A stretch of 64,000 bases of DNA. Origin: Plasmodiophora brassicae (taxonomy: Eukaryota). Under the pieces are notes generated by a model. That model worked only from the letters and a program-made list of their open reading frames with translations, made no database searches and had not been told where the DNA came from. Below are positions 47,230-63,062 of this stretch, in pieces. A program made the translations under genes and the position numbers. The stretch's first letter is position 1, and each line of letters starts with the position of its first letter. The DNA is taken from assembly GCA_036867785.1 (NCBI GenBank), contig CP145411.1, forward strand, positions 1,364,001 to 1,428,000. Direction: 5' to 3'.

Positions 47230-49189
47230 TCATGCAGGTTGGTGAACAACGGATTCCACAATGCCGGATGCAACGACACGCTGAAGGTGTCGGAGAACTA
47301 CGCGATTCAAAGACGACCGGTGGGTACCAGTCTGCGCCTCAGTGCACAGCGGTTTCTCTGGAACAAGGCATATCTGTTCGAATCGCATGTTAACGGCATC
47401 CTTGGTCGCAACGGCAATGCTGTTTACACTGGCGCAGTCTCCTGGGTCGACTCGTCGTGGATTATCTTCGAAAAGAGTAGAGAAACTGGCGTCGTACTTG
47501 CCAAGCAGGCTGTTAACGGTACAGGGCACCGATGCAGCATGTAAAATGCACTACAAGACAGGCAATGAAGACAGGCAATGTCAGCGGTTATAGATTCCCA
47601 CAGAACGCGGCCTGCTGACGGTGAATGTATCCCCGACAACGATCGGGAATGCCTCGGGAAGAACCTTGACCTTGGCTGAAGCAACCGAGCTGGTCAGATT
47701 CGAACGGACCGAACAAATGACACTGGTACCAGTGAAGTTTGAAACCAGGTGGACAGGGCACTTAGCATCCGAGATCAGTTCGCCCGGGTGCACAGAGCGT
47801 ACATCAACGCCCCGAACGTGGATGCTGACGGTGGCTCCAGGACGCCCTTCGTCGACTTGGACCTTGTTGATCTCCAAGTCCCTGACTTCAGCTGTAATGC
47901 CGGCGCACGCCAGCTTAATGTTCATACCACAACGTATAACGCCTTGTTCAACCCGACCCACAATAATCGTCCCGATTCCTAACGACGTTCCCATGAGACC
48001 GAGCCGCAGCCCCACGAGCAAGTACGTACAGACCGCCGATCTTAAACACGTCGTGGACTGCCAACCTTAACGGCGACTCTGGATCCGCGTACGGTTCAGG
48101 GCAGATATCAAGAGCCTGCATCCGGACTCGATGAGGTTCGACCAGGGAGATCGAGGCGCATCCTTACTTCAATAAGCGGCCGTCCAGAATACCAAATGGT
48201 TCGTGGGGATATTGACAACAGGTTGTCACCATGTGCAGTCGACACAGGAACAAACATCGTCTTGTCACGAAACCTATTGAGCAGGCATTCAGAGCAGGGA
48301 GCATCCGTCACATGTACGCCCCATACGATTTCGTCAGTTTCGCAGCCTTCATGATCCTGAGCGTCCGCGACTTGATATCGGTATACACGGTTTCGTTAAA
48401 CATCACTTCGGGATGGTCCATCTTACTGACGGCGACAATGCACGGCCTGTCGAGAATCAGGATGAAGGAAGAACAAGCTATGCCACAGAACGAGACCACC
48501 TTCCAACACCGCAGACAGTTTGCCAAAGGAGCTTCATCTGGTTGTCATCGAACTCGGATGGGACGCAGGACACGACGACCAGCAGCAGATCAGCCTGAAG
48601 CACTGCTGTAAACATGCCGTCCGCTAGCGAAGCGATCCCTGAACGCAACCCAGTCTTAAATCGAAGCGCACCAGGAAACCAATGATGTGGAGGAGAACCT
48701 GCTGTGTCTACGACATTGCAGGACCAGACCGTTGTCTCAAACGAATACAGCGGTCGCTGGACCGAGCTGCACCGTTCTCGATCGGTTCGCATGTGTTCCA
48801 GTATCTGCCCAACAAGACGTCAAGGCCAAGCAGACAGGGGGCCGCGAGATCGCCAGACCATGTCGTACTGGATTCCCTTGGCCAGCTGCTGCCCCTTCAG
48901 CGCTTTCTGTACACACAGGCGACACACACACGATGAGACACCGTTCTCGTCCATGCTGCAGGCAGGCGCAACCTTGACGCGCCAGTCCGTTTCTGACAGC
49001 GCGCGCCCCCTGGTCAGCACACGATCGTACCGCGCGACGCCTGCCGCACCTACGCTTGTTCTGCTTCCAGAAGATATACACAAGGTGGCCAATCAGCGAC
49101 GTCTTGCCGGACCCAGCGGCACCGACGACGGCCGCGTTCAGGTACGGCTTCACCGTCGCATCGCCCTGCACGGCGGACAATCCCGTCAT
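47230..49189 (-). CDS. Highly divergent EF-1alpha-family translational GTPase (multi-exon)
   Basis: [90 protein letters not shown] and domain III. Confidence 0.85.
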
Positions 49190-49342
49190 CAGTCAGCGCC
49201 TGCAGCTCGGACAGTTTGCCGACGACGGGCGGCGAATTTGCCGCACAGTCCAGTCCGCCTCATTGCGCAACGACGGACGGTGCCAAGTGGGCAGCGACGG
49301 TCAGCCAGAGCGCAGAGCGTTGCACCCGCGCCCCGTGGCCGA

Positions 49343-49767
49343 ATGGCGGGAATCGGGTTCGCGAGTGAGGCGGAGCTGCTGCGCATCCAGGTCGACGAGC
49401 TCGAACGCTCGCTGTGGCATCTGGAGAAGTCGAATCAGGTGCGCGAGGCGAGCGCCCGGGTGGCCCGCGGCGCTCCCTGATGAATCGTGTGCAGGAGTTG
49501 ATGGAAGCGGACCCGCATGACCCAGTGTACCGTCAGGCGATGTCGGTACCTCGTTCATGGCCCGTGCGCGTTGATGGTTCGTATTAATGTGGGCTGTGTA
49601 GCATTGAGAACGAGGATGTCATCCACAGGAAACGGGCCAAAGTCGCCGACCTGAAGGCGCAGCTGGAGAGCATCAGCTCACATGCCGCCTATTATCCGCC
49701 GGCGCCCGCTCGTCCAGCACAACAAGCAAGGCGCGCCGGCGGTCCAGACCTCGGCGTATTCCTGTGA
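49343..49767 (+). CDS. Small hypothetical coiled-coil protein (3 exons)
   Basis: Spliced MAGIGFASEAELLRIQVDELERSLWHLEKSNQ/ELMEADPHDPVYRQAI/IENEDVIHRKRAKVADLK...DLGVFL. Confidence 0.7.
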
Positions 49768-49862
49768 TCTCGCCCCCTATCCATTCGTTTCCTAACATGT
49801 GTCTCGGAACGTGTGTCGCAACAAATTGGCGCGGCACGCTCGGTCAGTGCTGCGTATACTCG

Positions 49863-50183
49863 ATGGCGACGATCGCGGTTGAAGACGACTGGGTTCTGGT
49901 CGACGAAGCGCTTCTGGACTGTGTGATGCCCAGCGCGTTCAGTGAGAAGCCATGGGCCGGGCCGTGCGCCCCGGTGCCTGATATCAAACGTGTCCCTGCC
50001 GGCCGGCGTGGCACACGACGTTCGAGCGTCTGGCACCCGGATAATGTCGCCAAGTTGGTAGAGAAGCTGCGAAGGTACCACATCGCGGGGCCTGCCCCTG
50101 GCACGCAAACCGAACCGGGCGCCGGCGACGTCGTAGAGCAATACGAACGCGATATGGATGCTCTGTTCTCGGTGCTGATTTGA
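49863..50183 (+). CDS. Small hypothetical protein with N-terminal EDDWVLV motif
   Basis: Clean single ORF from the ATG at 49863. Confidence 0.55.
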   Translation: MATIAVEDDWVLVDEALLDCVMPSAFSEKPWAGPCAPVPDIKRVPAGRRGTRRSSVWHPDNVAKLVEKLRRYHIAGPAPGTQTEPGAGDVVEQYERDMDALFSVLI

Positions 50184-50214
50184 CGGCCGGCAATAAACGG
50201 CGACGCGGGTGGTG

Positions 50215-50917
50215 CTACGCCCGCTTGCCTAATGTATTGGTCGTGCGCCTGGCTGGCTTGAAGAAACTCGTAATTTCCGTCGTCCTTGACGACACGGCCC
50301 GGTAGGCATGCTCGCGTACTCTCTTGGCGCCCTTAATGGAATCCAGAATCCATTCTGCAGCGGGCGGTTCGCGTCAAGGCATCGCGCACAGTGTGATGGC
50401 GATGTACCTGGACGGACGAAATGGACACGACTCTTGGGTCCGGATGCCACGACCTTGGCCGACTTGATCGCCGACAGGTTCTCGCAGACGACGTGCGTGA
50501 CCACCTTCACCGACAGCATGGGCGCGATCCGCCCACCGCACAGCCGAACTGAGGGACGTCCAACGCCCCGTCAATCCACTAGCAACGCAGACACGGGAAC
50601 GCCAGCGAACCGAAACTCTTCAACTGCAGGGCCGAGAACTCGCCCGAGCGCCCGTTGAAGTAAACGCAGACGCCCTGGAAGACTTGCGGCCAGTACGGGA
50701 CGCCGTCCGACACGGGCAGGCGTCCCGCCAGCAGCGCCATGGACACCTCGGCGTCGGGTGCCTGCACCAATCAGCTGCGCGGCGCAGGCAGTCGGCGAAC
50801 GCGCACGACGACCTTCTCGTCGCGTTTCTCCTGGACCCACCTGTAGTAGCGGGCGGCGGTCCACCTGTCCTTGCCTTCCGAATGGTCCGTCACCGACGGC
50901 CCATGCATGCGATCCAT
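50215..50917 (-). CDS. Stand-alone BRCT-domain protein (multi-exon)
   Basis: VFQGVCVYFNG...VTHVVCENL...HFVRP/WILDSI; C-terminal EITSFF. Confidence 0.8.
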
Positions 50918-51123
50918 CGTCCACGAAGGACGCCCCGGCGGCCGGCAACTTCGGTTGGCCTTCGCGGACCCCGGGCTGACCCCACGGGCCCGAATCAAGC
51001 AGGCCCCGATAACGGTTAACGACGCACGTACCTACCTGACTGTTGATGTGACGGGCCGCGCTTCTCACGGGACCACAGCCGCAGGCGTTGCTGGAGGGTT
51101 TATATTACATAGTGCTGGGGGGA

Positions 51124-52192
51124 TTACGTCAGGTCAAGATGGATCTTCGACGGTATCTTCAGTCGTTCGTCGTCGGTGAGTTGGTCAACCTGTGTGGACA
51201 GCCAGTCGTTAGGCGCGCGATATGATGGGCACACAGTCCGCCCGACGTACGTTTGTGACCTTCTGGAGGCTCTCACGGGAAGCCAGGCTGCCGTACAGGA
51301 CAGAGCTGGGCGTGACCATGAAGAAGACGCGGTCCTTGCTGTCGGGGGCTGTGCTCGGCATCGTCTGCGTGTAACGGGCGGTCCAGTCGTAGGCGGACGT
51401 CGCCCCCGTGCTCTGGGTGTACAAGTCCTTGGTTCGAGATTGCGGCTCGCCGGCCTGAACGAGGAGACCGCTCGAATCCATTCTCGTCTTCCCCGGTGGA
51501 ATCGGCACCGGCCGGTCGAACATAACGTGACTCAGTTTGAGTTTGCCCAGGTCCAGGTCGGGGTAGACAGGCAGCACAGAGACGGCTTCCAGATTCTTGT
51601 TCGTTGCATGTACAGGACGCCGACGATGCACGGCGAACGACTCCTCAACGCGATGCGAGATCGCATCGGGGTTGGCATTCGCCTTCTGAGCCGGGCCGTT
51701 CGCCTCGGGGATGCTGTCTTTCCGCTTCGCCACGGCCGTCGTGGCAAACAGGTTACTCGACATGATCTCCGGCTTCCTGAACCATTTGGCAACGGGCGCT
51801 TCCTGGGCTTGTTCACGCCGCCTCGTGATCGCAGAACGGCCCGTCTTCATGAGGTCCTTGGCGAGTGACACGAGCAGCTCGTCATCAGGGTGCAACTCAG
51901 TACTTCCCGACGGGTGCAGCGCATACGCGTCAGGATCAATAGCCTCGATCGGGATGGACAGGTCCCATTCTGTGAACAGCTCCGTCTTCGTTCGCACCTC
52001 CAGCGAGCTGGCGCAGAACGCCACGATCCGATCCATGTCGACCGGCATGCGCAGCAGCTTGCCGTCGCAGGGCACTTCGGGCAGTTCAACCCGCATGTCG
52101 ACATCGCCCATGAACTGCGACCGTTTCTTCTTCGGCGCCGACCCGCCATCCGCCTGCACCTTTGCCGGCGTCGCTGCCGCACGCTTCGACAT
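51124..52192 (-). CDS. PAF1: RNA polymerase II-associated factor 1
   Basis: ELPEVPCDGKLL...SSLE...ELFTEWDLSIPIEAIDPDAY...LHPDDELL, KWFRKPEIMS, VEESF...HATNKNLEAVSVLPVYPD match Paf1 blocks. Confidence 0.82.
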
Positions 52193-52496
52193 GGCAACTC
52201 CGTCGCGCGCGCCGCACACTTTGTGTGCAGCCACGTTAGTCCGAAGCTGGACGCTGCCCTCCTGTGGTATGTATGTAGGTACAGTAAGTACATGACTCTG
52301 TATTGTATTGTAGCCTACAATACAATAACAACCCATTCATCAAACACACCTATACAAAAGGCCGCGCTCGCTTCACCGATCTTTTTGTTGAGCCGGACGA
52401 CAAATCGTCACAGTCGGTCGCTATTTCTGGTAATCGCGGCATGATGCGATCTGCAAGGTCGCGGTGCGGCCCGCCGGCAAAGTGCGAAGCTGGTTG

Positions 52497-54017
52497 ATGG
52501 CGGAGACTGCGTCGACGGCGGCGAATGACAGGGCGCCGTATGCGGTCTGCGCCTTCCTGATGGGCGTCGCCGTTTTCCTGTCCATATCGCCGATCGAGTC
52601 GTACCTGCCGGAATACCTCCGCACGCATGTCGGCCTGTCGCTCGAGCAGATCAACGGCGATATCTGGCCCATCTACAATTACGCGTTCGTCATCGGCATT
52701 GTTCCGCTGTCCGTCATCAGCGAATACCTGTCCGGGTACACGGTTGTCATCGCGCTGTCCATTGTGCTCCGCCTGCTGTCCTCGTTGATCATCCGGTTTG
52801 GGGCGCCCGGATCGTTGATGACGCAGCAAGCGGCCATGGTCGCGTTAGGCGTCTCGGCGGCCTGTAAAGGCCCGTTCATCGCGTTCGTGTACACGCTGCT
52901 GCCTTCACGACATTATCAAATGGTAACCGGGTGGATGAGGGCAGGCAACCTTGCCGCGCACGTCGCCGGTGGCCTTCTGGGATATTTGTTCAAGTCGACG
53001 CTGGACGCTCCTTGGTCAACGTTCTTCAATGTGCAACAGTCGTCCATCTGCGTGTCTTTCCTGTTCCTGGTTCTCGCCATCATTTCGTCCAAGTTCGTGA
53101 TCAAGAAGGCAGGCAGCGCCGACGTCGTATCGACAGCGCCGATTGTGAAGTCTGTTGCACAGCTTAGGAAGCTAATTGGTGCGCTGGAACATGAATTCCG
53201 CCGTGCACGACGCTAATCGTTGGTTATGTACCTAGGCGAACTGTACCCGACGTCAACGATAGCATTGTGGTCGATCTGGGCCTGTTGTGCGTTTGCGTTG
53301 TTTGATTTGATCGCTGGTTACCATTCGACGTTGTACCTGACGATTGATCGGTCCGCGAACAAGAACGGGATTGTTCTTGCTGTCAGCCGGGTCTCATCAG
53401 CACTCACAACCCTGGCTGTCTCCCACACGTCGTTTAGTGTGGTATGGCGCTCCGTAACCAATATCTTGACCTGCAACGCCCGGCTGAGTGATGTCGTGTC
53501 AGGATCGTTTCGGACTACCTATCGTCAGCGTCGGTTCGTTGACCATCGCCTGCTTGACACTTGCCTCAGGTTCGTTGCTGTGCTTCCGTATGCGATGTAC
53601 CTTTCTGACGTCTGTCTAGGATTCGCGACCAATATCTACGTTTCGTAAGTTACTCTGTCCTCTGCAATGCGTTTGGCTGGTGCGATTAAGGCGTCCGCTA
53701 GGTATTGCTGCTTGATTGTCATATGCTCAATGTTTGAGTGCCTGTTCTGCCTGGCGCGGTCGTATATCGCAATCGAGACACCTCGATCGCTGCGCGGTAT
53801 CGCCATCTTCTTCAACACTGTCGCCGCCCTGATCATCGAGGCCGGCCTCCAGATGGCATGCGGCCCGTGGATGTTCGCCCTAAGCATCCGCGTCAAATTC
53901 CTTGTCTTCGGTGTCCTATTCGCTGCTCTTTCCGTGGGCATCGCTATCGGGCACTGGTCGCGATCGTCGTCTACGCCTGAAAAGAGCACCACAGTAGGTG
54001 ACGTCGAGATAGCCTAA
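52497..54017 (+). CDS. SLC19-family reduced-folate/thiamine transporter (multi-exon)
   Basis: SPIESYLPEYL, QINGDIWPIYNYA, HYQMVTGWMRA, LWSIWA, NKNGIV and about 12 TMs. Confidence 0.85.
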
Positions 54018-54236
54018 ACCGCGTAAACCATATAGACGTCGGCGGGGACGTGTTCGGCTGCCCGTTATCGTGGTGTGCCGCCCGTGGTATCAAGCAAGGT
54101 TTCACTCGGTTCATTGTGGCCTCGCTATTGTCATATTGTAACACACTGGTCCTTCGCCTGGCCGTTCATATCACCTACCAACGCTTGGCATCTTGTCGTG
54201 TTGCCGGTTCCTAGAAGGATAGAAGGATGGTGCCGT

Positions 54237-55304
54237 TTATTGTCGGCTGCATGCTGCCTTCTTGCAACCGGGTCGGATCTGCTGCCAGTGGTGGTGCGCC
54301 TCACGAATGATATCGAGCGCGTAGTCGGCTGGCATCAGTCGACCGTCGAACAGCAGCTTGTTCTTGATGGGGTATCCTTCAGCGATCTTGTAGGTCGAGA
54401 AGAACTCGCGTATGGCATCAAGGTTCGCTTCCGGCACGGGGGCCCCAGCATCGGCGCCCCCTGATGACTCCTCCGGAACCTTCCGCACGATGACTTTCCA
54501 GTCGGCCTCGTTCTGGTCAATGAGACCGACGATGCCCAGGACGTGAACCGTGGCAATCTCGCCTATGAAAATGCACTCAGACACAAATGGGCCTATAGCA
54601 GTGACCCGCCTGGAAAGCCTACCATACGCCATGGGGGTTTCCGACACTTCCACGGCGTCTGACGTCACCGATTCCGTTAGATACGTCTGCCCTTGGTTCT
54701 CACGACAGCAACAACGGGTACCTACCGAGCGGGTCGTCGTCACCTCCGCAACGGGCGTCGGGATGCACCCATTGGGGATCCTCCCACGTTTGTGGCAGCG
54801 CGCCGTAGTTGAACGGAATGTCGCCAATTTTGAACTCCCTATGGAGGAACACATCAGGCACGCGTGGGAGGCGTCCTTGACGAACCAAACCGCAGCTCGC
54901 CCGCTTTGTTGATGTCCTGCCGAATTGGGTTCATGTCGTCGTCTTTGGAGATTTCCATCTTCCGGCGCGTCCTGAACGCACACGCGTTAAGGCCCGCTTC
55001 AAGCGGGGTGAAACCGGGACACGAACCCTTTGGGGATCTCGTTGACGTAATTCAACAGCAGCGGGCCGCTGCTGAACAGCGGGATATCGTGCCATGCGGA
55101 GACGCGCTGACCGGCGCGCGTGACGAACAGGCGGTACTTGTACGACCCGACGGCACCGTCCTCGGACGTCCCCTATACGTCCGTCGAGTTCAGACGAGCC
55201 GAACCCGCGCACGTCCCGCAATCGCTAGGACCAACCCATACGGTCGACAGGGACCGCCACCATCCAGGCCGGCGCGCACCGCGACGAACGACCTGCCGCA
55301 GCAT
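54237..55304 (-). CDS. Family I soluble inorganic pyrophosphatase, likely organelle-targeted (multi-exon)
   Basis: SAWHDIPL, KMEISK...NPIRQD, NYGALPQTWEDP, GDDDPL/DAVE, LIDQNEADWKVI; Arg-rich presequence. Confidence 0.92.
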
Positions 55305-55532
55305 TGCACGTCGTCGACGGAGAGACGCGCGCGCGCTTGCGCACGGCATGTCCCGTGAGGGGTAACCGCTCAGGAAGCGCGCTAGACGTCTGATATGCAT
55401 TGTTGGCGCTAACGCCTGGATGCGTTGCTGCGATGCCGCCTGTTCGCTCGCAGACCTACGGTCCCGATTCTTTCCCGAGGCGTTCCCATTCGTTGTCGGA
55501 GGTCGTTCCACGTCAGTAGACAGTGTCGATGT

Positions 55533-56542
55533 TTATTCGCCTTTGTACTGCGGGGTTCGTTTCTCAAGGAACGCGGCGATCCCTTCACGCCGATCGGCCG
55601 TATTGATGACCTGCGCGTAGCACAGCTCCTCGATGGCCATGCCGGTCGTTTGGTCGACCTCCAGTCCGCGGTCGATGGCCTGCTTCGCGACCCGCAGCGC
55701 TATCGGTGCCTGATGGATGACACACCGTTATATGCCGAGACGGCTCGCCGAGAGCGAATCTCCTACGCTCGGAAGGATTTCGTCGGCCAACTCCAGGGCG
55801 CGATCGATGGCCGACGGGGCATCCACAAAGTGGCTGACGACGCCTGCCGTTCGGGTCAGCCTGCGTCACGTGGTATACGACGCCCCGATCTACGAACCGA
55901 ACTCGAACGCGCGCTTGCCGTCGAGCCTCCGTCCTGTGAAGATGAGTTCCTTCGACCTCGTGGCACCAATCAGTCGGGGAAGCCGTTGCGTCCCACCGGC
56001 CCTATCACAACGCCGTTGCTCAGCGGATAGGCGACTCGCCTGCGTTCGATCGGATGCGCGCACCCAGGTATAATGCCCAGGCGGGTCTCGACCAATCCCA
56101 GCATCGCCGACGGGCAGGCGACACGGAAATCGCATGCCAGCGCCAGTTCGAGCCCACCGCCGACGGCGGCCCCGTCAATCACGGCGATCGTCGGCTGCGG
56201 CAGCGTCTCCACTTCCGTGAACGTCGCGCGCAGGCCTTGCACGAACGCGGCGACGTCGGCGGGCGACATTGTCGCGCGCTCCTTGAGGTCGGCGCCGGCG
56301 CAGAACACGTTCGGCACAGCGCTCTCCAGGACCACGACGCGCACGCTGCGGTCGAACCGCACCGACGCGACCGTCTGTCGCAGCTGGGCGACCAGGTCGC
56401 GACCCAGCGCGTTGCGCGCCTCGGGACGGCATAGGGCGATGCGCGCGACACCGTTCGGCGCGACGCGGACGGACGCCTGGACGGCCGCCGCCGCCGTCCC
56501 GATCAGACGGCGCCCGCACCGACGCGCCGCCGCTGAAAACAT
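55533..56542 (-). CDS. AUH: Methylglutaconyl-CoA hydratase (crotonase family), mitochondrial (multi-exon)
   Basis: [68 protein letters not shown]. Confidence 0.9.
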
Positions 56543-56620
56543 TGATTTTGACGCTCGTTTGAGGCAGCAGCAGAGAGGCGTCGCGTGTTCTTATTCGTGC
56601 AACGCAGGGGGGGATGCCCG

Positions 56621-58150
56621 CTACGCGAACGCGTATTCGTCGTGGGTGTAGGCGTCGGTGTACAGCTCGAACATTTCGGAGGCGGTGGCGATGCGCGGGT
56701 TGTTGCCCGGCGATCCGGACGCGATCGCCTGGTCGACCATCAGGGGGACCAGGCGGAAGTACCGCTCGTGGTCGACGCCGTACTGCTTGGGCGTTGGGAT
56801 GCGCAGGTCGTGGTTGAGGCGCACGAGCTCTGGGCCGACCGTTAGGGCTGTGGCTGCGCAAGGTCGAGCAGGCGGAACGAACCTTCGAGTAGGAGTTCGA
56901 CGGCTCTGAGGTCGGCGCCTTTCTGGACGTCGATGCCCATTGCACGAGCGCAGTCGGCGTAACGTGCAACGTCCTGCGTCAGACACAGGGAGTCAGAGGT
57001 CTGAAGGTTGCGGTCGACGTTTGGGGGGTGCGGCTGACTGACGGCTTGTACTGAGAAGCCCGTCACGACTGGAAGAAGCATGGCGTTCGACAGACCATGA
57101 GGGATGCCGAAGTGTGCACCGAGAGGGCGGGCCATGCCATGGACAAGGGCAACGGACGCGTTGGAGAACGCCATGCCTGATCAAGCAGAGGCGCCAGTGA
57201 GTATTGACCAGCCCCCTTATCGTGACCAACGCGAACCTGCTTGAGTTGCCCCCAGCATCATTGCCTCGCGGGCCGTCCGGTTCGTGGGCTCCGTACAAAC
57301 GGTACGAATGTGCTTCCCGATCGCGCCCATGGCCGCGAGTGCCAGTGCATCGGAGAACCCGTTTCGCTTCCGGGACACGTAACTCTCGATGGCATGCGTC
57401 AACGCGTCCAGCCCGGTATGAGATGTTAACGTCTTGGGACACGACATGGTGTACTCATAGTCGACCAGCGCCGCTACCGGTTGGAACGCGGGTGCCATGC
57501 ACAGTATCTTCTCGTGTGTCTTGGAATCGGTGATCACGGTAGCCTTCGTCACCTCCGATCCTGATCAGCGCGCTCAGACCCCTCAGCTACTGGGCAGTTA
57601 CCTATACGCATCTGACCTGTCCCTGCCGTGGTCGGAAGCTATAGTGATGATAGTCAGCGTATCGTACGGGTAACAGCGAGCCAAACGGGCAGACATACAG
57701 CCACGACTGGATACCCGGGAGCGGGATTGTTTGGAGCGCGGTACTTTGACAGGTCCAGATCGTCGTGGCCGATAACCGACACAGCTTTGGCGAGATCGAT
57801 AGGTGACCCGCCACCTAACGCAACGATTCCGTCGTAGCCGCCCTGGCGAAACACGTTGAGCGCATGCTCTAAACAGTAACTGGTCGGCTCCGGGACAGTC
57901 TCGTCAAAGACATCCATGTTTGCTACAGCAGGCCTGCGTCAAACACGCCGAGCAACCCAGCAGCAGGGCACAACGAGCACGGACGGCAAACGTCTGACGC
58001 GAGGTCGACGAGCTCGCCAGCGTGGCCCGCCTTGACCATGAACTTATCGGTGATCAGCAGAGGTCGCCGGATGCCGAACTGATCCAGCGCCGACCCGATT
58101 TCGCGCCGCGCCCCGCCCCGGATGCACAGCAGGCGCGGCAGCGAAATCAT
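56621..58150 (-). CDS. Iron-containing (group III) alcohol dehydrogenase (multi-exon)
   Basis: GGGSPIDLAK, PTTAGTG/SEVT, TGLDALTHAIESY, VHGMARPLGAHFGIPHGLSNA. Confidence 0.93.
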
Positions 58151-58411
58151 GGCCCAGGGCGGCGATCAACAGCCGCAACCCCTAAAGCCCCGTGGCGATT
58201 GCGTCGGCTGACAAAAACCAACCGGCGCCGCCGCCGCGTGGCAGCTGCGTCCGGCGGCCGTTGACTGCAGGCGGCAACGGGGGCAGCAGCCGGGGCTGCA
58301 CGAACGTTCCGTAAACTGAAAGACGGCCCCAGCCCCGGGACCGCGTGGCGTGACTGTTGACAGGACGGAGTAGGACGTAGGTAGTCCGTGACGTGCCTGC
58401 CCTGGGCGCCG

Positions 58412-62694
<4,283 letters not shown>

Positions 62695-63062
62695 ATACCT
62701 AGGCAGGCAGATACGCGAGCGTACACGATAAATGGCAATTGCACTATTATTTACCACGTTGTCTGACGCCCAACAAGCGTGACACGGTTGAAAGTTTGCC
62801 TTATAGCAGATTCTTTTTCGAATAGAACGGCCATTAGGCTGCCAGACGCGCGCACGGTAATGCCATATTCTGCACAGCCTCGTCCGTTACCACTCGCCTC
62901 TCCTGATGATCCAATTATTATTTATGCCACTCGCAGCGTCCGCCCGAAACGATGAACTGCAATCTCCGCCGAAGTTCGCGCCGAACCTGATGTGCCCTAA
63001 ATATAGCGCGACGACTCCCACAGATCCGGGTCCGCGGCCGGCCGGCTGACAGAACGGCGAAC

